Assembly (NCBI GenBank): GCA_021840255.1
Contig: JAKBYX010000012.1
Span: forward strand, 1,742-65,741
Length of the DNA stretch: 64,000 nt
Reading direction: 5' to 3'
DNA from: Nitrospirota bacterium
GTDB taxonomy: Bacteria; Nitrospirota; Thermodesulfovibrionia; Thermodesulfovibrionales; JdFR-88
The translations under genes were made by a program, and so were the position numbers. This document shows, piece by piece, positions 56,495 to 64,000 of the stretch (the stretch's first letter is position 1; each line of letters opens with the position of its first letter). The notes beneath the pieces were generated by a model. It was not told the DNA's origin, ran no database searches, and was given only the letters and a program-made list of their open reading frames with translations.

Positions 56495-57256
56495 ATGGGA
56501 CCCTTGATAAAAAAAGCCCGGGTATTGGTTTTTGATGACATATCCGCCCTGGAAGATTTTGCCCTGGGCAAATGGATGGCAATGGCCCGTGAGGCGGTAA
56601 ACCGCAAGGGCACATTTGCCGCCGCGCTTTCGGGAGGCGGCACCCCTGTGGGTCTTTACCGGAAGCTCGCCCGGGCAGTGGAGCCGTCACTTTGGCCAAA
56701 AACTCATATATTCATGGTGGACGAGAGGCTGGTGCCGCATGACAATGCGGACAGCAACTTCAGGATGATGGACGAGATGCTTTTCAGCAAGGCCCCGATC
56801 CCGAAAGGAAATATCCATCCTGTCCGCACGGACGGCCCACCGGAGCTTTGCGCGGAAAGATACGCCTCCGAGCTTTTTGCTTTCTTTCAGCCCCGGAAAG
56901 GGGACATGCCGGTGTTTGATCTCGTGCTCCTGGGGCTTGGAGAGGATGGGCATACGGCATCTTTGTTTCCGGGGGCGGATGCGCTAAAAGAAAAAGAACG
57001 CCTGACGGCGGCTGTCCCTGATGAAAAAAGACATGCCAGGGTGACGCTCACCTATCCGGTCTTAAACAGCGCCAGGAACGTTTTTTTTCTTGTGGCGGGG
57101 GAAAAGAAGGCGGAGGTCCTGGAGCGTGTGGTTGAAAGAGGAGACCCTGCCTTGCCCGCTTCCGCAATAAAACCGGAAAACGGGACCCTGCTTTTCCTGG
57201 CCGATTCCGGCGCCGCGGTCATGCTGCCGGTAAAAATGAAAAATTTGCAAAAATAA
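56495..57256 (+). CDS. pgl: 6-phosphogluconolactonase
   Basis: 253 aa with ALSGGGTP, DERLVP and LLGLGEDGHTASLFPG. Confidence 0.9.
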   Translation: MGPLIKKARVLVFDDISALEDFALGKWMAMAREAVNRKGTFAAALSGGGTPVGLYRKLARAVEPSLWPKTHIFMVDERLVPHDNADSNFRMMDEMLFSKAPIPKGNIHPVRTDGPPELCAERYASELFAFFQPRKGDMPVFDLVLLGLGEDGHTASLFPGADALKEKERLTAAVPDEKRHARVTLTYPVLNSARNVFFLVAGEKKAEVLERVVERGDPALPASAIKPENGTLLFLADSGAAVMLPVKMKNLQK

Positions 57257-57298
57257 AATAAAAAAACTTTCTTGCAAAGAAAGGCAGAGGTAAGATCG

Positions 57299-58204
57299 AT
57301 GCAGATAGGTATGATCGGGCTTGGAAAGATGGGCCAGAACATGGCCAGGCGGCTTCTCAAGGGGCGGCACAAGGTTGCGGTCTACGACAGGAGTCCTGAG
57401 AAGGTAAAAGAAACGGCTGCTTTTGGGGCAAAGGGCGCCTCAACACTCGAAGAGCTTGTTGGCCTTCTTACTCCCCCAAGAGCTGTCTGGATAATGGTGC
57501 CTGCGGGCAAACCCGTTGATGATACCATCCAGGCGCTGATGGGCCTGCTTAAAAAAGGCGACACCATAATAGACGGCGGGAACTCCCATTACAAAGACGA
57601 CCAGCGGCATGAAATGGAACTGAGGCCGCTTGGTTTGAACTATATGGATGCCGGAGTAAGCGGCGGCATCTGGGGGCTCAAGGAGGGCTATTGCCTGATG
57701 ATAGGAGGGGACAGAAAGCTCTTTCGCAGGCTGGAGCCCATCTTCAAGACCCTCGCACCCCCTGAAGGTTATCTGCACTGCGGCCGGGTTTCGGCGGGCC
57801 ACTTCGTGAAGATGGTGCATAACGGCATAGAGTATGGGATGATGCAGGCCTATGGCGAGGGTTTTGCCCTCATAAAGGCATCGGAATACGGGGAGGCCCT
57901 GGATTTTTCAAAATTGGCCCGCCTTTGGAACCGGGGCAGCGTAATAAGGTCATGGCTACTGGAGCTTGTGGAAGACGCCTTCAAAAAAGACAGGAACCTC
58001 TCCCTTATAGAAGGCTACGTGGAAGACTCCGGAGAAGGACGCTGGACCGTGGAAGCTGCGATAGAGGCGGGAGTGCCGATGCCTGTGATAGCCTCTTCGC
58101 TTTTTCAGCGGTTCGGGTCGAGGGGGCTGGGGACCTTCTCCAGCAAGCTTCAGGCTGCCTTGCGGCAGGAATTCGGCGGCCACGCGGTGAAGAAGAAAAG
58201 GTAA
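57299..58204 (+). CDS. gnd: 6-phosphogluconate dehydrogenase, short (YqeC/Gnd-like ~300 aa) form
   Basis: 301 aa from the ATG at 57299 (the track ORF starts at the TTG at 57272). Blocks MIGLGKMGQNMARRL, GGNSHYKD, GVSGG and VKMVHNGIEYG. Confidence 0.85.
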   Translation: MQIGMIGLGKMGQNMARRLLKGRHKVAVYDRSPEKVKETAAFGAKGASTLEELVGLLTPPRAVWIMVPAGKPVDDTIQALMGLLKKGDTIIDGGNSHYKDDQRHEMELRPLGLNYMDAGVSGGIWGLKEGYCLMIGGDRKLFRRLEPIFKTLAPPEGYLHCGRVSAGHFVKMVHNGIEYGMMQAYGEGFALIKASEYGEALDFSKLARLWNRGSVIRSWLLELVEDAFKKDRNLSLIEGYVEDSGEGRWTVEAAIEAGVPMPVIASSLFQRFGSRGLGTFSSKLQAALRQEFGGHAVKKKR

Positions 58205-58379
58205 GGTGTTTTTCTTGCTCTCCACCGGGATCCTTGATAGATGTTTGTCTCTGCTGTAAATGCGTCCGGGATGCAGGGCGGCATAGAAGGGGCATCTGCT
58301 GGTGCGTAAGCGCTCACATTAACCGGAAAGGGTAAACAAAAAATGACAATTTACAAAGAAATGTTACAGAGCGATCTTG

Positions 58380-60128
58380 TCAATTAGGATTGGCAGGCGT
58401 ATATAACGTGAGTCCGCCTATTACCCTTTTTTGCCAACCTCTGCTTTCGGCATATTCTATTAATGGCCTCTCCAGAAAAATATTTTCGAAGCCGGCGAGG
58501 ACAGCGCCGGCTGGCTTTTTCTGAAGAAGCGGCGGTAATGAATCCGGTCCGGTGCTGACAGCGATACGCCGCTGGTCATCTGAGAGAAAACGGCTATACC
58601 TGAAAATAAAAGGACCTGTTGACAATTCCGGATATATCCTTTCCCCTCCTTCAAGGGCGAATATAGGAGCGAGGGTAAGGATGGTTTCGTCAGGGCCCAC
58701 GATCTTCGAAATTTCTCTGGAAATGGCATAGACTTCGGTAGGGATCCAGTTTTCCTTTGAAAAAGCCAAAGCAATGTTTTCAAAAGTTTCTTTATTGTAA
58801 AGTGATTGCGCAGCACTCAGAATAAAAAGACCTGCGCTTATACATAAAATCATCTTTTTTATGGATTCCCTGTTGACCGCCGATATGCTTCCGTAAACAG
58901 CATATATAATCGCCATGAAAATAAACGGCACTGGCGCGGCAAAATACTGGACTTGTACCGGTGTAATAACGAAAGCAGCAATGAACAGTGAAGCTGCCAG
59001 CGATATGGATATGACAAGAGGTTTGTTCTTCCAGAAACGGCCTCTGCATATGCTTAGGGCCAGAATGAAGGAGAGCAGAAAAAGGATGAGGCTGGCCAGA
59101 TATGAAGGACTGGTTAAAACATTTACGGCCACAAGCAACTTTTCCTTAAAACTTATGGCTTCCTTCCAGCCTGGCATCCAATTTTGGCCCCCCGTAATGA
59201 TAAAGTACCGTATAGTGTCGAAGATAAAAGAACCGGGTGCCCTGAAAAAATAGTAAATTGGCAAGGCCGACGGCACTGCTGCACCTGCAAAAAAGGGCAG
59301 GAGCAATTTTTTAAACCTGTTCCCCTGAGAGACCGGGACAGGAGTAAAAAACGCCAGTACAATAAAAACTATGAGACCGGCAAAAGCAAAAGCCAACCGG
59401 GTAAAAACTGCAGCACCAGTAAGGAAACCAGCCAGGAACAGCCAGCGAGCCTTAAAGCTTTTCGAAAAATCTAAACCAGTCAATATCAGATACGCAAGAA
59501 TTATGCAGAGAATAGGGAAAGAATAGTTCCATGCGAATCCGCCGGCGCATTGTATCACAGGATTGAATGAATACAGTATAGCGGCAGAAACCCCCATCAC
59601 AAGGCCATAAATCCTTTGATGATGGAAAACACGGAGGAATGCCACCAGAACAAGAAACGCGGCGAGTATCGAACAGGTCACTGAAAAGACCCTTCCCGCC
59701 AAAAGGTAATTCGTTGTTTTGAAAATTGTGAAAAGGAAGGCATATATTACAGGAAGCAATGGCATTTGCAGATAGGCAAAATCCCTGTACATGACTTTCC
59801 CGGAAGCTATCAGGGCACCTGCGGAACAGTACACGTTCTCGTCATGATCAAACCCTTTCATTGCTGACCCAAACGAAAAAATGGCCAGTGTTGCCATGAA
59901 AATAACGGCTATTGCGTAAATTAAAACAATTCGCCCAGTTGTCTTTTTATGTTTGTATTGCTCCGGAGTATTATCAATAAAAAGTTTCATGGCGATATGT
60001 ATAAATGTTTCTATAAAACTAAAACCAATGAAATTATACCAGAAGCACTGGAGAAATTGGCATGATGGCTTGTCTGTTCCTGGAAAGGAAAGGGGGAAAT
60101 GTTTTTTCCCCCTCCCATGCTGACGCAT
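58380..60128 (-). CDS. GT-C fold membrane glycosyltransferase-like protein, low-GC
   Basis: 582 aa from the ATG at 60128, or 536 aa from the ATG at 59990. More than 10 TM helices and a first-loop acidic motif (FDHDENVY). Hand counts on four 60-nt lines give 32-52 % G+C, against about 47-65 % in gnd and tal. Confidence 0.65.
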   Translation of the reverse strand: MRQHGRGKKHFPLSFPGTDKPSCQFLQCFWYNFIGFSFIETFIHIAMKLFIDNTPEQYKHKKTTGRIVLIYAIAVIFMATLAIFSFGSAMKGFDHDENVYCSAGALIASGKVMYRDFAYLQMPLLPVIYAFLFTIFKTTNYLLAGRVFSVTCSILAAFLVLVAFLRVFHHQRIYGLVMGVSAAILYSFNPVIQCAGGFAWNYSFPILCIILAYLILTGLDFSKSFKARWLFLAGFLTGAAVFTRLAFAFAGLIVFIVLAFFTPVPVSQGNRFKKLLLPFFAGAAVPSALPIYYFFRAPGSFIFDTIRYFIITGGQNWMPGWKEAISFKEKLLVAVNVLTSPSYLASLILFLLSFILALSICRGRFWKNKPLVISISLAASLFIAAFVITPVQVQYFAAPVPFIFMAIIYAVYGSISAVNRESIKKMILCISAGLFILSAAQSLYNKETFENIALAFSKENWIPTEVYAISREISKIVGPDETILTLAPIFALEGGERIYPELSTGPFIFRYSRFLSDDQRRIAVSTGPDSLPPLLQKKPAGAVLAGFENIFLERPLIEYAESRGWQKRVIGGLTLYTPANPN

Positions 60129-60194
60129 ATATAGAGGAGGTTTTCACTTCATTTGGCGGCCCTGCGGCGGTCCTTGTGTTCAGTGGAAATTTTC

Positions 60195-61358
60195 TTATCT
60201 GCGCGCCAGCAATGCGTCTCTCTTGCCTGCCATCGCCTCAAGGACCGCCTTGAAAGAATCTGAAAATTTCTTGACCCCGTCGCGCTCAAGCTCGGCGGTG
60301 ATTTCGGCGATGTTCACACCCACGGTCTTCAGCTCATTTATAAGCTTTTCCGCTCCCGGCACGTCGTCCGTTATGCTCACTCTGGCCCTGCCGTGGTCCC
60401 TGAATGCCTTTATCGTCTCTTCCGGCATGGTATTGACGGAATCAGGAGCTATGAGTTCCTCTACATACTTTATATCGCTGTAATCGGGATTCTTGGTGCT
60501 TGTGCTGGCCCACAATATTCTCTGGATTCGCGCGCCTTTCCCGGCAAGCGGAATAAACCGGCTTTCTTTGTCCGAGAACGCCTTTTTATAGACCTGATAG
60601 GCGATCTTCGCGTTCGCGACGGCTGTTTTCCCCATGAGCGCCTTTATCGTTGTTCTTGTTTCATAGTCCGGGGCCTGCATGTAGCGCTCCGAAAGCAGCT
60701 TGTCTGCAAGCGTGTCCACCCTGCTTACAAAAAAGCTGGCAACCGAGGAAACGGCATTCAAGGGTGCCTTCCCGGATTTCCCCAGTTTTTCAAGCCCTGT
60801 GATATATGCGTTGATCACCTCTTCATAGCGCTCCACTGAAAAAAGAAGCGTGACGTTTACGTTTATCCCTTCGCTTATAAGCGTTTCTACGGCCGGAAGG
60901 CCCTGTTTTGTGGCGGGCACCTTGATGAAGATATTTTTTCTGCCCACTCTCCGGAAAAGCTCCCTTGCCTCTTCTATGGTGGCCCTGGCGTCGTAGGCCA
61001 GGTCCGGGGAAACCTCAATGCTCACATAGCCGTCAAGGCCGCCCGTGGCGTTATAGACCGGCAAAAGGAGGTCCGCGGCCTGGGCCACGTCCTTTATAGC
61101 GATGCCAAGGAAAAGCTCCTTGGGGTCCGATATGTTTTTCTCCAGCATCTCCTGGATCGAGCCGTCATAGTATGGACCGGACGAGACAGCCTTCTGGAAG
61201 ATGGTCGGGTTGGAAGTGACCCCGGTAAGTCCGTCTTCATCTATAAGCCGTTTGAGCTCCCCTTTTTTCAATATCTCCCTGCTTAAATAATCAAGCCACA
61301 CGCTCTGGCCGGCCTTTTTAAGCTCCAGCAGCGGGTTTTTCTCCGGTTTCGCGCTCAT
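60195..61358 (-). CDS. tal: transaldolase (long form)
   Basis: 387 aa with QSVWLDYLSR, GVTSNPTIF and the active-site Lys block IFIKVPAT. Confidence 0.9.
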   Translation of the reverse strand: MSAKPEKNPLLELKKAGQSVWLDYLSREILKKGELKRLIDEDGLTGVTSNPTIFQKAVSSGPYYDGSIQEMLEKNISDPKELFLGIAIKDVAQAADLLLPVYNATGGLDGYVSIEVSPDLAYDARATIEEARELFRRVGRKNIFIKVPATKQGLPAVETLISEGINVNVTLLFSVERYEEVINAYITGLEKLGKSGKAPLNAVSSVASFFVSRVDTLADKLLSERYMQAPDYETRTTIKALMGKTAVANAKIAYQVYKKAFSDKESRFIPLAGKGARIQRILWASTSTKNPDYSDIKYVEELIAPDSVNTMPEETIKAFRDHGRARVSITDDVPGAEKLINELKTVGVNIAEITAELERDGVKKFSDSFKAVLEAMAGKRDALLARR

Positions 61359-61386
61359 ATTGCCTCCTCGATTATAGAAAAAACTC

Positions 61387-63459
61387 TTACGCCCTTACTT
61401 TCCTGCCAAGCAGATTGCGGGCCTTTCCGGCGATGTTTTCCGCCGTGAACCCGAACTCCCGCAGGTTTGTCTCTCCGGGGGCCGAGGCCCCGAAACGGTC
61501 TATCCCTAGCACCAGTCCATGCCCATGATCCCTGGCCCCGACGTACTTGTACCAACCTCCGGACGCCGCCGCTTCAATAGCGATCCTACCGGTCACATCG
61601 GGAGGGAGTACTTCATTGCGGTAGCTTTCGGGCTGGCGGTCAAAAAATTCCTGGCACGGCATGCTTACCACGCGGGCCTTCACTCCTTCGCCTGCAAGGG
61701 TTTCGTATGCCGCAAGAGCCGGATGGATTTCCGAGCCTGTGGCTATCAGTATCACCTCCGGTTTTTCCGAGGCGGAACCCGCCAGTATATAGGCCCCTTT
61801 GTGCAGCCCGCTGGCCGGGGCGTATTTTTTTTTCTGCCTGTCTATTATGGGCAGCTTCTGCCTGGTGAGTATTATTGAGACCGGCCCGCCCTTATGTTCG
61901 AGGGCGGCGGCCCAGGCCTCCGATGTCTCGTTTGCGTCCGCAGGCCTTATCACGGTCATATTGGGCATCGACCGCAGGCCCTGCAGGTGCTCTACCGGCT
62001 GGTGCGTGGGACCGTCCTCGCCCAGGGCCACGGAATCATGGGTAAACACATAAATGACATGGAGCCTCATCAGGCAGGCAAGCCTTATTGACGGCCTCAT
62101 GTAATCGGAGAATATGAGGAACGTACTGGCGAAGGGCAGCAGCCCGCCATGCAGGGCAAGTCCGTTTGTGGCCGCCGCCATCGCGTGCTCCCGGACCCCA
62201 TAGGCGATGTTTGGCCCGCTGAATTCCCATTTGCCCACAGAGCCCTGTATTTTCTCCGTCCCCATATCGGGGGGCTCAAAGGTGCCGCGCTCAAGCAGAG
62301 GGGTACCGGTTGAGGGATTTAAGTCCCCGGAGCCTCCGATAAGCTGGGGTACGTAATCATAAATTGCGTTCATGATCTTGCCGCCGGCCGTGCGCGTGGC
62401 CATGGGTTTTTCAGACGCGCCGAACACAGGCAGTTTTTCCTTCCAGCCCGCTGCATATTTTCCGGCCCGCATCTGGTCCCATTTTGCCCTCAGGTCCGGA
62501 TAATTCCCCTTGTATGACTCCACCTTGCGGCCCCATTCCTCTTCCAGTTTTTGGCCCTTCTGTAGGGCTTCCCTGAATTTCGTAAGCGCCTCTCCCGGGA
62601 TGTGGAAGGCCGGCTCGGCCGGCCAGCCCAGGTTTTGTTTTGTGAGCCTTACTTCTTCTTCCCCAAGCGGTGAGCCGTGGGCCTGAAAGGTATCCTGCTT
62701 GTGCGGGCTGCCGTATGCCAAGTGGGTCCTCACCATGATGAGCGAAGGACGTTCCAGTTCCTCCCTGGCGGCGCTGATGGCGCCGCTAATCGCCTCCAGG
62801 TCGTTGCCGTCCTCCACCTTCTGCACATGCCAGCCGTACGCCTCAAACCTCTTTGCAACGTCCTCGGTGAAGGTGAGCTCCGTCGCGCCGGCCAGGCTTA
62901 TGTGGTTGTTATCGTAAAGATATATGAGCTTGCCCAGTTTGAAGTGCCCTGCAAGAGAGCCCGCCTCGCTCGATATGCCCTCCATGAGGTCCCCGTCGCT
63001 TGCGATGGCGTATGTGTAATGGTTGACGATATCGTGTCCAGGACGGTTGAAATTCGCGGCCAGGAATTTTTCAGCTATCGCCATGCCCAGGCCGTCCCCG
63101 AAACCCTGCCCAAGGGGGCCCGTGGTGCATTCCACTCCGCGCTTGGGGTCGTACTCCGGATGCCCCGGCGTATGGCTGCCCCATTGCCTGAAATTTTTGA
63201 GCTCTTCCAGGGGCATGTCATATCCTGTAAGATGGAGCAGGGCGTAGAGCAGGGCGGATCCGTGGCCTGCCGATAGGATGAAGCGGTCCCGGTCCGGCCA
63301 GGCGGGGTTTTTGGGGTTGAATCTGAGGAAGCGGGTCCAAAGCACATAAGCCATCGGGGCCGCCCCCATGGGCATGCCCGGATGGCCTGAATTGGCCTTC
63401 TGGACCATGTCCACCGCCAGCATCCGCAAGGTGTTTATACAAAGCTCATCAGTATTCAT
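61387..63459 (-). CDS. tkt: transketolase
   Basis: 690 aa from the ATG at 63459 (GGAGG SD). The track ORF extends to 63582 and would overlap the next gene. Blocks [11 protein letters not shown], the SDGDLMEG ThDP motif and [17 protein letters not shown]. Confidence 0.95.
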   Translation of the reverse strand: MNTDELCINTLRMLAVDMVQKANSGHPGMPMGAAPMAYVLWTRFLRFNPKNPAWPDRDRFILSAGHGSALLYALLHLTGYDMPLEELKNFRQWGSHTPGHPEYDPKRGVECTTGPLGQGFGDGLGMAIAEKFLAANFNRPGHDIVNHYTYAIASDGDLMEGISSEAGSLAGHFKLGKLIYLYDNNHISLAGATELTFTEDVAKRFEAYGWHVQKVEDGNDLEAISGAISAAREELERPSLIMVRTHLAYGSPHKQDTFQAHGSPLGEEEVRLTKQNLGWPAEPAFHIPGEALTKFREALQKGQKLEEEWGRKVESYKGNYPDLRAKWDQMRAGKYAAGWKEKLPVFGASEKPMATRTAGGKIMNAIYDYVPQLIGGSGDLNPSTGTPLLERGTFEPPDMGTEKIQGSVGKWEFSGPNIAYGVREHAMAAATNGLALHGGLLPFASTFLIFSDYMRPSIRLACLMRLHVIYVFTHDSVALGEDGPTHQPVEHLQGLRSMPNMTVIRPADANETSEAWAAALEHKGGPVSIILTRQKLPIIDRQKKKYAPASGLHKGAYILAGSASEKPEVILIATGSEIHPALAAYETLAGEGVKARVVSMPCQEFFDRQPESYRNEVLPPDVTGRIAIEAAASGGWYKYVGARDHGHGLVLGIDRFGASAPGETNLREFGFTAENIAGKARNLLGRKVRA

Positions 63460-63524
63460 CTTTTTACTTTTTACCTCCAAATATTTCCGTCTGCGAATAA
63501 GGTGCGGGGGCAAGGTTTTTTTTG

Positions 63525-64000
63525 TTATTGCCGATTGTCCTTTTCTGTCGATCCTTTTGTCCCCATGAACTCCCTCATCCACAAGGGCTCCGTAATTTTA
63601 TTCACGTTTTCTCCGTATTCGGACATGCGATTGTGATAATCGGCGTCTGCCAGGGCATGCTGCGCGTTTTCGTCCATGGGTTTTGCATTGAATTTGTTCA
63701 CTATGCCCAGGGCGGACTGAAAGTGGTCCCTGATGATGCAAGGGACGATGAAATTTTTCACTTTTGCCGCGGGTTGGGCGTATCCGTAATCGTTTTGCCA
63801 CTTCCGGATGGAAGTGAAGTAGTCCGAAAAGAGCACGTCGTTCAGGTTTTTCCCCTCCTTGTAGAGGTCGTATATGTTCGACAGGTAATAAGGCATGAAG
63901 GCGCAGGGCGCTATGTTGCCGTTCCAGTCCACATAAAAGTATCCGCCCGGACGGCCCGCCGAAATGCAGCCAAGAGAATAGGGCCCGCCGTTCCAGAAAT
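63525..64000 (-). CDS. C-terminal part of a radical-SAM/SPASM-like protein (5' end beyond window)
   Basis: The frame stays open to the window edge (...[37 protein letters not shown]...). The GxxxPC pattern resembles SPASM/twitch auxiliary-cluster regions. The radical-SAM core itself is not visible. Confidence 0.45.
   Translation of the reverse strand, partial: FWNGGPYSLGCISAGRPGGYFYVDWNGNIAPCAFMPYYLSNIYDLYKEGKNLNDVLFSDYFTSIRKWQNDYGYAQPAAKVKNFIVPCIIRDHFQSALGIVNKFNAKPMDENAQHALADADYHNRMSEYGENVNKITEPLWMREFMGTKGSTEKDNRQ

Noticed and set aside
58205-60194. Mobile-element hallmarks (IS ends, direct repeats, integrase, tRNA target) flanking the low-GC GT-C gene.
   Set aside because: None were seen by eye, so only the compositional anomaly is reported.

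Overview
All calls were made by eye from the sequence and the supplied ORF track. No database search, fold prediction or RNA-model scan was run, and start codons are best guesses.

This is a 64-kb stretch of a fairly GC-rich bacterial chromosome. Hand counts give about 55-67 % G+C in core genes, with A-rich spacers. Coding density is high and the content is mostly housekeeping.

Gene content, in order:
- tlyA plus a helical-repeat hypothetical.
- A hopanoid locus: shc-hpnA-DUF116-hpnH-DUF422 (CruF-like), then hpnG (convergent with the DUF422 gene) and hpnI.
- An orphan GAF-type histidine kinase and an SDR epimerase-like gene.
- A secreted M1-peptidase/ChaN/PDZ fusion protein.
- usp, an FKBP isomerase, a PAS-PAS-GAF-HD-GYP protein and a GT-C membrane glycosyltransferase.
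- A complete 13-gene nuoA-N operon with fused nuoCD.
- A cold-shock/RNA module: cspA, an RRM protein, rpsU and a small charged ORF.
- A 1512-aa orphan. About 1000 aa of unrecognisable sequence is fused to a pyruvate-phosphate-dikinase-type ATP-grasp and phosphohistidine module, with no PEP/pyruvate domain.
- A periplasmic binding protein plus a hybrid histidine kinase.
- kdpFABCDE, preceded by an extra mini-ORF.
- Pentose-phosphate genes rpiB-zwf-pgl-gnd, convergent with tkt-tal, and a low-GC GT-C gene between the two operons.
- The 3' part of a radical-SAM/SPASM-like gene at the right edge.

I recognised no rRNA, tRNA, CRISPR array, transposase, integrase or phage gene.

Most interesting observations:
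1. The dikinase-like giant orphan.
2. Five degenerate copies of the hpnA start codon region. They form a staircase of ATGA-chained mini-ORFs in the shc-hpnA spacer.
3. A roughly 65-70-nt intergenic repeat family with a covarying hairpin, at about 10.1 kb and 54.1 kb, with a fragment at 21.0 kb.
4. Two uncharacterised membrane proteins (DUF116 and CruF-like DUF422) embedded in the hopanoid operon.
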